A stretch of DNA of 64,000 nucleotides from Eledone cirrhosa (lineage: Eukaryota), in the NCBI GenBank assembly GCA_964016885.1, contig OZ024740.1, positions 63,550,001 through 63,614,000 on the forward strand, given 5' to 3'. Positions 40,611-54,946 of this stretch are shown here, piece after piece. The position numbers and the translations under genes are program-made. Every line of letters begins with the position of its first letter. The stretch's first letter is position 1. The notes beneath the pieces were generated by a model that saw only the letters and a list, made by a program, of their open reading frames with translations, ran no database searches and was not told where the DNA came from.

Positions 40611-42802
40611 GACGATTTGTTATGCCTTCAATACGTTTATTGAGTAGTGACGCGCGTTTCGCTATTGATCAGCTCAAGGTTCGATCTGTATCGATCTAGC
40701 CCGACTCTGGAATCAAAAGCTCGTCGGACTTTTGTTGTGGTAATGACAAAATGAACCTCTTAGGGCTTTGAAATAGTATATAACGATTCACATTCATTTA
40801 TGGTGGTCATTTTAAGTTCGTTTGGATTGGTGGTTTTGCTAGAAGGAATGTTTGGGTATGTGTGATAGGTGAAGGGGGGGATTATAATGAGATGATGAGA
40901 GAGAGGTGATGATGGGAAGCAATGCTTGGTGTGAGTTGCGAAGGTGTTGTGTTTTGGCTGTTTCGTAGACATTATGGCGTTTATGTAGTGAAGTGAAGAT
41001 GGTAGGTGAGATTGTAGAGATAAGCGATGGGAGATGAAAGGATGCGAAGACGTACCAAAGGGAGGTGGGGTTTGTGTTGGTCAGATGTTTGGTAGAGAGA
41101 AAACATAATAAAAATAAATTAAAAATAAGTTAAAAATAAGAATACAATGAGAAATAAGGGAGGATGAAAGTACGGGGGGCGGGGGCGTCTTATGTTTTCG
41201 GTGGTGTGGCTAGTATGTAAAATATATATATTAAGAGGGTTTGTGGGATCTACAATTTATAGGATTAAGAACAACTGTGGCCAGGGAGTGAAAGACATTT
41301 TATAAATAAATAGATGAATAAATAAAAGAATTAGTTGCTACACTAACTATATGGACTAACTAACATTAAATACACGTATACACACAGAGACGCATATACA
41401 AATATACACAGTTACAGACATACACGCTCGCGTATTTACGTACACACGTCTATACATATTTATATACATATACACACATATATACGTACTTATAGGCATA
41501 GACACATACATACACACACGTAGGCATGCTATTGGATACACATAAATACGTGTGGATCAGTGTACCCACTGACATACACACAAGTATATAAGTACTAGTA
41601 CATACGCCTAGAGAAAGATCCTACAGGAATATATGGTCACCGTACAAAAATGTGGGTAAATAACTATAAGAAGGATGCAAATGTTTAACAAAGGATGATA
41701 TGGTTAATAAAATGAGAAATGTTAATAGTAACAACATAATAATTGTTTCTACTTTTGGCACAAGGCCAGCAATTACCCAGTACATTACTGGTACTTTATT
41801 TTATCGACCCGGTAAGTATGAAAGGCAAAGTTAACCTCGACGGGATTTGAACTCAGACCGTAATGGAACGTAATTATGATGGAAGGGATGGCGTCCCTCT
41901 ACCGATACTGCCAATAATAGTGGTAATAATAACGATGATAAATTTGTTGATACAAATGATAATAATTGTTTCTACTTTTGGCACAAGGCCAGCAATTACC
42001 CAGTACATTACTGGTACTTTATTTTATCGACCCCGTAAGGATGAAAGGCAAAGTTAACCTCGGCAGGATTCGAACTCAGACTGCAAAGGGACGTAACTCT
42101 ATGCTGCAAAGCATGGCGTCCGACCCTCTACCGATACTGCCAATCCTAACGATGATAAAGTTGTTGATACAAATGATAATAATGATAATAATTGTGGTAA
42201 TTAATAGAATGCAGGTGATGTATGTGAGTGGCTGATGTGTGACGTGCGTTTTCAGGTGGGTGAAATAAAGGGTGATATGTTTAATAATGTGGGACATGAT
42301 AAACAATATAATAGTAACAAGAATAACAATGGTAATAAATGTAACAACGACGGTGATAAAGTTGATGAAACATGATAATAATTGTGGTAATTAAGAGGAT
42401 GCCATGTATATAATTTGTGAAGTGTGTGTTCAGGTGGTTAAATTGGGGTTTGTCCGTAGTGTATGTCCGAATACCAGAGCGAAGAATGTATATTTCTTTT
42501 GCGTGTCGGCAGTTTACGAAAAATTCCGATTTTAAATTGATAGCCGATTTTAATTTAATGATGTTTGCCGATTCCGCCAGGCCCAACCTGCAGTGGCTTC
42601 TTCCGATGGAATGTTGGGCCATGCATCTCCCTATGGACCATTTGATCTGGTGTTTCAGGTTTCTATCCTTGAGGTCCCAGATCAGGTCGGCCAGTCTCGT
42701 TTGGGAGTGTTTAGATCTGTGGTTACATACATTACCGATATCCTGTATCAATGAAAACATTGATAAATTTCGAGAAGCCGATTCGTCACAGTGCTGATGC
42801 AA
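40606..42802 (-). mobile_element. 5'-truncated PLE (GIY-YIG end, long 3' region, hammerhead), interrupted by two SINEs at 41736-42146
   Basis: TRLADLIWDLK..IKWSI..CRLGLAE..I..INLKSEFFVNCRH at ~42480-42720. Linking it to the hammerhead at 40646-40730 is inferred from strand and order. Confidence 0.65.
40646..40730 (-). ncRNA. Type I hammerhead, CCGACGA core variant
   Basis: AGT-CCGACGA-GCTTTTGATT...GATCAATAGC-GAAA-CGCGCG-TC-ACT, then AATAAA. Confidence 0.72.
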
Positions 42803-42950
42803 AGTATTTGAAATCGACTTTCACCATAAAAGTCCATCAGATTAACGATTCTAGATATGCTCACCTACTTATCTACGGAACACGTGTCAGTTACGTAATA
42901 AATATTAATTCTTCAACTGCGAAATTAGCGTATTCATTATTCATGCGATT

Positions 42951-43849
<899 letters not shown>

Positions 43850-44470
43850 CACAGAGATGGATGGTTGGATGGATACTTGCATAGTGTTATATTTATTGTC
43901 TGAAGATAGATAAATGCGTAGGTAGGTAGTTCCAGTTAACTGCTCGTATGATTACCGACCATCTTGTCAACACTGTTGTGAAAGATATAGATAGGGAAGA
44001 AGATATGAAATTACTATTTCCCAAACAAATCCGGCACGAATTGATTAATATCTGACACATGGATCAACACGTGACTATGTTGATTGACAATTACCCAAGA
44101 TGCCATGTTGTGGGATCGAACCTGGGATCTGATGATAACAAAACGAACTTCTAAACCATTTGGTAATGTTGTGTCACTAGTCCATGTCGATATAAATGAT
44201 TGCTTAAAGCATTTGCAGGCGGGGCCCTAACATGACCGCTGTCCAATAACTGAAACCTGTAAAAGAATACAAGTGTATATGAAATTTAATTAAATTCAAT
44301 GAACTTTCTAGAACATGTAAATTTACTTTAACGCGTGATCTATTAACACAAGTACGGGTGGCCTAATGGTTAAGGTGTTGAGTTCAGGATTGTAAGATTC
44401 TAGATTTGATTTCCTTGGGCAAAATATTTCATTTCACGTTTTTCTAGTCAACTCAACTGAAACTGAATAC

Positions 44471-44516
<46 letters not shown>

Positions 44517-44585
44517 TGGGAGTTAAATAGCGTCTCATCCAGAGCGTATTCTTGTGCTCCTAATTATTCAACGTTATATGAAACC

Positions 44586-44768
44586 GGTGGATTGGCAGTA
44601 TCGGTAGAGAGTCGGACGCCATGCTTTCCAGCATAGTTACGTCCCTTTACGATCTGAGTTCAAATCCCGCCGAGGTTGACTTTGCCTTTCATCCTTACGG
44701 GGTCGATAAAATAAAGTACCAGTAATGCACTGGGTAATTGCTGGCCTTGTGCCTAAAGTAAAAACAGT
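44586..44768 (+). mobile_element. Nin/Deu-domain SINE with TSD
   Basis: GTTATATGAAACCGG at 44573 and 44767. Confidence 0.9.
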
Positions 44769-46368
44769 TATATGAAACCGGGACAAGCTCCTGCCAGATG
44801 AGTCTCTAGACTCGAGAAAGACCATAATTTAACTCTTAGAATAATATTATAATTGCCGTGGAATGCAGCGCTAAATGTGTGCTCTAATCATCACCAATTG
44901 ATAGGTTATCAAATAAATTCAACCCATGAAATAGATTTAGAATTACCGTAATTATATTCCTCTACCAAATCATATATTGTGCTCGGTGATGCACTAAAAT
45001 ATTCATAAAACAGAAGTGTCATAGATATCACACACGAGTGGTGAAATAAATTGATTTTCTGCTCAACGTTTATCGAAAGCGCATTTATCAAGCTCTTGGA
45101 ATTACCAAATATAGACTGGCAATCCGGAAATTTTTCGCTCGAATTGCACCGTGCTTCTTTTGCAATGAAAATCAACTTTACATTGTTAACTATATTTCTG
45201 TTTAGAATTGAAAGGGAGCAAGACCAGTGCTTTATATTGAGATTCCAAGAGTTGTTGACACTAGTTCAGTGATAGAGTACATTATTACTACAATTATTTC
45301 GAATGAATTCGTTTTTATCTGCTGTCGGAAAGTGTTATGTCAACACCTACTTGTTTTCTGAACATTGGACATCAATATCATGTGTATATCAGAATGATTC
45401 TGGAAAAAATAAATAGACGGAAGAAACTAGCTGTGAAATATTGGTAATCTTCAAATGCCATATGTCATATTTGATGTACTTATTTACTTTTTTTTATTTT
45501 GCTTTTACCTATTCGCATTGTCAAGGCGACAGAGTGGTTGAAATGTTGAAAGAATAGAGCGTAGATTTAAGTAAATGCATTATAGTACATTTTTCTATAT
45601 TCTGAATTCAAATTCCACTGAGGTTGTCTGACCCTTTTGTCTTTTTTTCCTTTAGGTAGGGAACCCAGGCTGCTAATATCCAGCATATCATATTTTCAAA
45701 GACAGTAGCGTGTGATTTGAGGTAGATTAAGTTAATGTATATAGCAGGTCAGCTATCACATAGTGGCTCTGTACAGTGTGCAGTGTGACAGTCAACGCAT
45801 GTTTCACTCTCTTCGCTGCTTACTTTGTTCATAAATTCTTTTAAGTTCTGATTAAACGGAAGCCATGCTAAGGATTACTGAAAAGGTGAGCGATGATACT
45901 CAAAATGGAGAAGGAGGTTGTTGCTTGCGATTGTTTCCAGATCACCTTTGGGGTACCCATGTTAGAAAATTGAGTGTTAGAAAATTTGGCATCAGTGGAA
46001 GGGAGTATACTTTTACGTATCTATGTCAATTTCTGTAACACATGGGAAAGTTCAGAAAGGTGTGAACTAGATTTGTGGACGATTGCACCAATTAATATAC
46101 TTTCATATACTTTCAGTAACACTTTATGTTTTCATATGCACTTCATTTAAAACAAATTACACGCATGCATAGAAGTACACTCACATACACACACACGTGC
46201 GTTACAAATTAATATCTACCATTCTGTTTTTATGTGAAATTATTTACTATAACATTAAATGTGTTGTCTTCTACCGGAGAACTAATGCAATATAATTATG
46301 TTCGAGACATTTTAAACAGTATAATGAACTACACATAAATACGCAAAACAAAGCTGCTGGCTTAACCA

Positions 46369-46513
<145 letters not shown>

Positions 46514-46722
46514 CCCATTCTCAAACTAAAAACGTTTTGCTTTTAATTCAAAATGTAAAATGCTGTCAATACTTTTTAATCAATGTTTCCTTTATAAAAT
46601 TACTACACAGAATTCCTTCGGCATTGGGAATATATTTATGGGGTTATTTATTATATATATGCTTATATTTAAGATCTACACAAGCACACTTCGATATATC
46701 GTGCTTTTCACACACAGACACA

Positions 46723-46762
<40 letters not shown>

Positions 46763-46971
46763 TATATATATATATATATATATTGGAATTTATATACCAG
46801 TTTATGTATATACTTGTGTTATAAGGTGTTTCCTAATTGGTAGCTGGGCTGTGATTGTGTCGCTCAAATCAGCAAAATCTTGGTGTATTGAAGGAAAAGT
46901 ACTTCACGTTATATGTATTCTATCAATTTTTGTATCGCATGGTTAGTACAGGACGGAGTTACATACATTAA

Positions 46972-47160
46972 TAATTGTTTCTACTTTTTGGCACAAGGCC
47001 AGCAATTATCCCAGTGGATTACTGGTACTTTATTTTATTGACCACGTAAGGATGAAAAGCAAAGTTAACCTCGGCAGGATTTGAACTCAGATCGTAAAGG
47101 CCCGTAACTCTATGCTGCAAAGCATGGCGCCCGACTTTCTACCGATACTGCCAAACCACC
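46972..47160 (-). mobile_element. Nin/Deu-domain SINE
   Basis: Full-length match to the family. Confidence 0.88.
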
Positions 47161-47810
47161 AATACGAAGGCTAGATTTTTAGCCTGCATTACCCATGCGA
47201 TACAAAATCAAAATTGATAGACTACACATGACGTTGAGTACTTTTTACTTATTACACTATTCTTTGTTGATTGGAACGACACAATCACAGCCCCAGCAAC
47301 CAATTACGAAACTAGAGCTCCTTCAATAGTTGAGCTCTTAATGTTGAAATGGAGATGTGGTGACTTTTACTCTTTATGCAAACTATGGGACACTCCTACA
47401 CAAGTAGTATGACATTAACCTGACAGAAATTCCTACAAGCGAACGAATTCAGTGATATATCAATGTATTATGAGGACATAGGCAACTTTAGACAAGAAGG
47501 GGTTATGAAACAAAAGTATCCTCCTAGATTAAATAAAAGTCCTAATTTCGAAACTAACTAATCAACGAGGCTTTCCCATGAATAAAATGGGCCGAAACAA
47601 CCCATGGAATAGATTTCCTCTCATAACATCAAATTGATGGGACACAGTCAAGCTTATCACTGTGATTAACAGAATCAACATGATGTGCATTTAAGTACTT
47701 TACTATAACCTATTTATTGTTTATATATTGAAATAGTGACTACCATATACTCATAACATTCATTATACATCCAGTATTTGCTCCACCACCTCTGAATTAT
47801 AACATATATA

Positions 47811-47890
47811 CAGGGTGTCCCCATAAAATGTATATACCCTTTCATTAGAATGCTGTTAAAGTGAGTATACATTTTTTGGGTCACTCTACA
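47811..47890. mobile_element. Tiny Tc1/mariner-type MITE
   Basis: TA|CAGGGTGTCCCCATAAAATGTATA ... TATACATTTTTTGGGTCACTCT; imperfect TIRs. Confidence 0.5.
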
Positions 47891-47894
47891 TATG

Positions 47895-50742
47895 CTGAAT
47901 GAGTCGTTAGAACGTCGGATAGAATGCTTTATGGTATTCGTTTTGGCTTTCTGCTCTAATGAGTTCAAATCCCACCGAAGTCAACTTTGTCTTTCATCCT
48001 TTCGAGGTCGATAAAAGAGTACCAGTCTAGTACTGGGGTGGATTCTTCCTCTACATCTCTTTATTATTTGCTCTCTCTCACTTTCTATCTTTCTCTGGAA
48101 GAAATCTGCTGTAGTCAGGCCTGGAGTGAGATGGGCTCTGCCAGGCTTAAGATGCCCAAGAAATGCCGTATGTCAATACGGCGCCCCTACCACTCTATCA
48201 GGAGTTATGGGACCATACCATATATGCTGCATATCTTCAAGATACTATCCAAATACAGTTTAACATATAGCTTTTATAACTATATCGTAGTTTCTACTAA
48301 TTTCTATCAATTTTGATCAATTCACTTTATTGGTTCAGTTATAGGAATAGGGCGGTGGATTGGCAGTATCGGTAGAGGGTCTGACGCCATGCTTTGATCT
48401 GAGTTCAAATCCCGCTGAGGTTAACTTTCCCTTTCACCCTAACGGGGTCGATAAAATAAAGTACCAGTAATGCACTGGGATAATTGCTGGCTTTGTGCCA
48501 AAAGTAGAAACAATTATTATATAGGAATTTCCTTATTATACCCTTAAGTAACTTATTTTATTTTATTTTTATTTTTATTCTTTTTACTCGTCTATTCATT
48601 TATCTATTTAGGTATTTGTGTATTGATGTTAGTATAAGTATACGTATCGCACGATTACTGCAATAACGTGGGCAGCAGTATTGGTAGAGCGTCAACAACA
48701 TGCAGTGCAGCATAGAGTTACGGTTCAAATGCCGTTCTCAGTTCAAATCCCGCCGAGATTAGCTTTGCCTTTCATCCTTACGGGGTCGATAAAATAAAGT
48801 ACCGGTAATGCACTGGGTCGATTTAATCGACTTCCCCTTTACCCAAATTACTGGCCTTGGGCCTATAGTAGAAACCATTATTATTATTATGGTGGATTGG
48901 CAGTATCGGTAGAGGGTCGGACGCCATGCTTTCCAGCATAGAGTTACGGCCTTTTATGATCTGAGTTCAAATCCCGCCGAGGTTAACTTTGCCTTTCATC
49001 CTTACGAGGTCGATAAAATAAAGTACCAGTAATGCACTGGAATAATTGCTGGCCTTGTGCCTAAAGTAGAAACAATTATTATGAATTTGTTATCTCAATC
49101 ATTAATGTTATTTAACCGGAAAAATTGTCCAAATGGATATCAAGCCGCTACCTGCTGCCTCAAATACTCAGGACGTACAGGAGGATCATTGCTGCTCCTC
49201 GTAGGCATGCCTTTTGAAGTATACCAAAAAAGGGGGCTGGGCTGATGCTCTTTAATGAGATTTGGAACCTAGTGTTCCTATGACGATGGGGACGATCTTG
49301 ATCTCATAACAGTCCCAAATCCTTTACAGTTCTCACTTTAGATCCTGATACCGGCTAATTTTCTCCTCCTTTTCTTGCACTCGTGTGCCTTTAGGCTGGA
49401 AGGTTGCAAGAAGAGAGGGGCACCTTCCTATAGTGCTCTTGGAGATTAGGGTTGTTTAGTATTTGTAGGGTTCCTAAGTTACACCTGGGTGGTCCTCCTC
49501 CCTATTGGGGATTTTTTATTGTTTTTAATTTCTTGCGTATTGTTATCTGTTTTATTTGTTTTCACGTGTTCAATTTTTTTTGTAAATCCCTACTGTTTTT
49601 TTTTTTTTTGTATTGCCATCTCTATTTTGGCCCTAGTAAACAATAAAGAAATTATTATTCTATTATTATTTACGTTACGTCCCTTTACGATCTGAGTTCA
49701 AATCCCGCCAAGGTTAACTTTGCCTTTCATCCTTACGAGGTCGATAAAATAAAGTACCAGTAATGTACTGCGTAATTGCTGGCCTTGTGCCGAAAGTAGA
49801 AACAATTATTTACACCTTATATTTCTCCCACCTTTTTGTATGTCCTTTCATACTGGATATCAATCTATGTATGCAGTGGCACAGGTTGTTAGCATGTCAT
49901 TGTGTGTGAACGTGTGCACACAGGCCTACACTTGTATAATTATGTGTATGTCATTTCATCTGCATGTCAATGTATGCATGCAGACACTTGTGTTGTTTGC
50001 TCAATTTTAGATGTCGAAAGGCATATATACATGTATTTGTTTTCTATACATGTGAACTCCCATCTATGTGCCCCTTGATAGACATATAGAAGTATGACTG
50101 TCGGGGTGTATATCTGGGAGTATATATACAAGTAATTATGGGAGCGTGTGAAGGTGTCGTATAGCCCTTGACTTCTATGGCACCTATCGTTATCTATGGT
50201 ACGTTGCATCCCGGGGACCTATGGATTATTCAAGCACTTTTCTGCCATATTTCATATTGAATTCACTTAGATACAAGATATATATATTTTCCTCCACTTC
50301 CATTTCGAGCGTTTAGAATACCCTGAATTTATTAAACATGTACTATAGAAGCTCCCGTGAATCACTTTAAAAATCATATATACCTATTGTCTATAAGTGT
50401 TCGTGTGTACGTGCATGTACCCATGCACGAGGGCGTGTGGGTGTGGGTGTATCGCTCGCGAGCAAGTATTTATTCCCTCTATTTTATTATTGTATTGTTG
50501 ATTGTCATTGAGTTTTATATTTTATATTTCATATTCTATTTTATTTTATTAGGGTGGTGGATTGGCAGTATCGGTAGAGGGTCGCATGCCATGTTTTGCA
50601 GCATAGCGTTACGCCCCATTACGGTCTGAGTTCAAATCCCGTCGAGATTAACTTTACCTTTCATCCTTACGGGATATAATAAAGTACCAGTAATGTACTG
50701 GGATAAGTGCTGGCTTTGTGCCAAAAATAGAAACAATTATTA
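47895..50742 (+). mobile_element. Six co-oriented Nin/Deu-domain SINEs (47895-48040, 48350-48518, 48665-48880, 48890-49080, 49670-49810, 50551-50742)
   Basis: GAGTTCAAATCCC..CTTTCATCCT core in each copy. Confidence 0.85.
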
Positions 50743-50749
50743 TTTATTA

Positions 50750-51667
50750 CTAGCAGTAAAGCCCGGCGTTGCTCCGGGTCGCTCAGTAGCTGTGTTAAAG
50801 TTACAATGTTAAGTTTCTTTCTTGGCTTAAAAACTGTAGTGTCTACTGTGCAGACTTGCATGTGGTGTTTTTGATTAATATTCCCTCAACCAACAATATG
50901 CCTTATGAAGTTAAGAAAACATAACGATAACCCGAATGTTATAACAAAAGAGGATGCTGGGGATAGAAACTGCACTGGTTATTTATTAACAAAGATCGAA
51001 AATGTAAACACTGCAACGCAGAGAAAAACATTAGCGTAACCAAATTATCAGTTATGTCTGTCTGCACGCCTATATCACCTCTCTGCACGACTGTCTGTCT
51101 GCACGCCTATATCACCTCTCTGCACGACTGTCTGTCTGCACGCCTATATCACCTCTCTGCACGACTGTCTGTCTGCACGCCTATATCACCTCTCTGCACG
51201 ACTGTCTGTCTGCACGACTGTCTGTCTGCACGCCTAACGACGAAATATTTGCTTGTTTTACGTAGTCTTTAAATAGACTTGTTTTCAAGTAAAAATATTG
51301 TTTTAAAATGCTTTTAAATGGAAATGAAGCAAAACGGAAGCTTAGTGTTCGAACTGATGAATTTTGCAGGTCAATATTTTGCTGGCTCGACAACTGTTAA
51401 AGCCAGCGTAATTTTTTACGTAAGACGCTCAATGTAAACAGAACAAAGGGAAATAACTGATAACTTACGCTCAAAAATCGATACATTATATTCGATTTCG
51501 TCACATAGGGTGGGGCAATTTGAAATTTTTTTTTTCCGATGTCTTCGCTAGGGCTCAATGTACAAGTCTAGCAATTTCGGTGCAATTCCGTGAGAGATTC
51601 TAAGAGGAGATGTGTGCCAAAAATCGATAGACAGACAGACAACCACAGTTTTATATATATAGATAGA
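50750..51667 (-). mobile_element. Non-autonomous Helitron carrying a 37 bp minisatellite
   Basis: Minus strand 5' ATCTATATATATAAAAC..(TGTC)n; 3' CCCGGAGCAACGCCGGG..CTGCTAG|T. Confidence 0.85.
51055..51236. repeat. 37 bp minisatellite, 4 full copies plus partials
   Basis: TGTCTGTCTGCACGCCTATATCACCTCTCTGCACGAC. Confidence 0.95.
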
Positions 51668-52136
51668 TTATATAAGGACGGTGGATTGGCAGTATCGCCT
51701 TGTGCCTAAATCAGAAACCGTTATTTATTATTGTATATTTTGTATTATTCTATATCTAATTATTGTCTCCCAAATTCTATGTCCATATCTTACATTTTAT
51801 ATTGTCAACCTAAATTGTCAAATGGAACTTGATCAATGTTCTGTTTGACTGCCTGGTACCGCAAAACTCAAACCCATACAGCAGTCTAGCTGACGCTCCT
51901 CAAAAGATAAGAATATGTATGGACACAACTTTGTTAGCTTCACAGCCACATCAAACATTAAACGCAAGTCTGTTCTATATCAATACATTACAATGCAATG
52001 CTTTACAAATGGATTGAACGCCGTGTCATGGATTGCGTCATGGTATTATGGCGTTACCATTGCACCGCAGAAATGTGTATTATGGCTAATTACTTAATAA
52101 AAGAAGTTATGAAATATAACCTTTATTTTATTATTA

Positions 52137-52169
<33 letters not shown>

Positions 52170-52328
52170 TGGTTTCTACAGGACGGGAACTGTTTCCTTC
52201 GAATGAAGCCATTCTAGTCCTGTAGAAGCCATTTCTATAATAAACATTTATACTCCGCTATGTATTGAGTACCTTATTTACTATGGTTACCCCCGATTGA
52301 ACCCGGGATACACACACACACACACACG

Positions 52329-52394
<66 letters not shown>

Positions 52395-53158
52395 CTCACA
52401 CACACACACATATATATGAATGCATACCTGTATAAATACATATTTGCTTTTCCAATGTTTGAATATATGTGATAATATTGCACGTGTGTGTTTGTGTCTA
52501 TATGTGTGTGTGTGGTTTAAAGGCATTAAACTTGAAAATAAACTAGGGATTAAACCTTAATCAACTCTGTTTATTCAATATCCTATGATTCACTATACAT
52601 ATGCATAAAAAGAGAATGTTTTACTCGTTATACATATGCATAAAAAGAGAATGTTTTACTCGTTTAAATTATCTATACTTACGCACGAAAATTTCAATTA
52701 GTGTAATACAATCAATTATTGGCAGTATTAATATTGTCATAAACATATACATAACTTTATAAGGAAAAAAGTATTTTAGTTTTAATATTTCATATTCTGT
52801 TTTAATATTTCATATTTCGGTCTTATTAAGATAAATTCGTTGTTCTGATAGAAAAATAACAATCTTTATATTCAGAGATGCCATCGAGAATTATAGTGCT
52901 TGGTAAGCTGAAATGAGCTTTTCCAGACATATCTGTTGAAGTTGGATACGCAGTTGCACCAACTTACCATGCCATGAAAGTGGTAGGTATACCGGCTGCT
53001 CTCAAACAGCCACCCAAAGGATATATTTAGCTTTTTTCGAGCATTATGATATGGAGATATATATCAAAAGTCACTTAGACCGATCGTAGGCTTTTCAGCA
53101 TGACGACATAAAGTACATAGTAGGAATAATCGAGGAATGCATTAAAGGTAAGAAAACC

Positions 53159-53215
53159 CGGATAATGCATTACCCAGCACAATCTCTGGATTTAAATCCA
53201 ATTGTAAATTTAGAG
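53159..53215 (+). mobile_element. Tc1 transposase relic
   Basis: YPAQSLDLNPIVNL resembles the Tc1 WPxQSPDLNPIENL motif. Confidence 0.5.
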
Positions 53216-53761
53216 AAACAGTTTAACACGAGTGCTCTACAAAGGAGATCCAGGTGACCAATGCTCTAAGGATTCTGCTAGTTCAATTGTGTAAGCCCGA
53301 AGAAAAAGAAAAATCCAGAAAGTTGCATTTCTCATTAGGAATAACTAGAGAAGAGACAGGTATTTTAAATCTGTATTGAAAGAGCGAATATTTGACTAGC
53401 TTTTTTCAGAACAGAGGTTGTTATAGTAGCGATAAAAGGTATAAAGAGAGCCAGGTGTTGTTACGTATCTTCTAAGACGACCCTAACTGAGCAAACCTAT
53501 TATCAAAGACATTCCTCTCGTGACCATCTTGTCTTTTACCTAAGTACGGTACACCAAAAACCATACTATTCAGTGTGCCCCTTTTCTAAGACAGCAGGGG
53601 AAGATTTGGAGAGTTTCTGGCTGCTACTTCAAGCAGAATGAGTGGCCGCACAGAGGATTCCTCAATAGCCGGTAAGCTAATGATTGTAGCCGGTTGTTGA
53701 GAGAATTAACTATATACAAAACTTAATTATTGGCTTATGCTACAAATCAACAATATTATGA

Positions 53762-53937
53762 ATTGGCAGTATCGGTAGAGGGTTGGACGCCATGCTTTCT
53801 AGCATAGTTACGTCCCTTTACAGTCTGAGTTCAAATCCCGCCGAGGTTAACTTTGCCTTTCATCCTTACGATAAAATAAAGTAGCAGTAATTTACTGGGT
53901 AATTGCTGGCCTTGTGCCTAAAGTAGAAACAATTATT
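53762..53937 (+). mobile_element. Nin/Deu-domain SINE
   Basis: Match to the family. Confidence 0.88.
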
Positions 53938-54195
53938 AGAAAAGAAGCACTATTAAAATATGACAGGAAAGTAGGATTATAATTGGTTCGTCATTAAAAC
54001 ATGAAATATGAAAATCGATCAAATACTAAAGTGAATCACATACTTATCTGCCTCATATTTAATTTATGTATTACACACAGTAAAACAGAAATACGTACTA
54101 TTTCATATTCTTAATTATTTTGATATTGCTGACGTATTATCAAATCAAGCGGCAAGCTGCAGACAGATTTATGCGGTGACGTATATATATATATG

Positions 54196-54242
<47 letters not shown>

Positions 54243-54250
<8 letters not shown>

Positions 54251-54545
54251 AGATCAAAAGATGGTTAAAGGAGTTCCATATATTTTATTATGCGCATTTC
54301 AAAAACAAACATCATCAAGCAATAATATTTGTGTTTTCATCAGATAAAACAGGAGAACATGATATGAAGGCTAAAAAACACTTGTTGATAGTGCAGTTTT
54401 GAAATGCGCATAATAAAATATATGGAACTCCTTTAACCATCTTTTGATCTTATATTATGCATACTCCAGTCCCACAAACTGTAGAGTGCTTCTTATCCGA
54501 TATCTGCATTGCTTTATTGTACTACAATAAAACTCACCTCCTACA
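54243..54545. mobile_element. Small PLE-type fold-back insertion in (TA)n
   Basis: 54243-54304 is the reverse complement of 54397-54458. Confidence 0.75.
54283..54349 (-). ncRNA. Type I hammerhead ribozyme
   Basis: TTTTAT-CTGATGA-AAACACAAATATTATT(gctt)GATGATGTTTGTTTTT-GAAA-TGCGCA-TA-ATAAAA. Confidence 0.82.
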
Positions 54546-54563
54546 TATATATATATATATATA

Positions 54564-54594
<31 letters not shown>

Positions 54595-54691
54595 CTCTTT
54601 TACTCTTTTACCTGTTTCAGCCATCCGGCTGAGGCCATGCTGGGGCACCGCCCTTGTATATATATATATATATATATACATATACATGTAT

Positions 54692-54722
<31 letters not shown>

Positions 54723-54724
54723 CA

Positions 54725-54837
<113 letters not shown>

Positions 54838-54869
54838 CATATATATATACATACATATATATATATATA

Positions 54870-54946
<77 letters not shown>

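Noticed and set aside
49090-49665. Possible L1/Tx1 3' UTR ending AATAAAGAAATT(ATT)n
   Set aside because: No coding motif and no second copy in the window.
51055-51236. 37 bp repeats as a CRISPR array
   Set aside because: Head-to-tail with no spacers, inside a eukaryotic Helitron.
52594-52664. Short tandem duplications (also 201-236, 28474-28533 and 37451-37488)
   Set aside because: Ordinary slippage or repair duplications.
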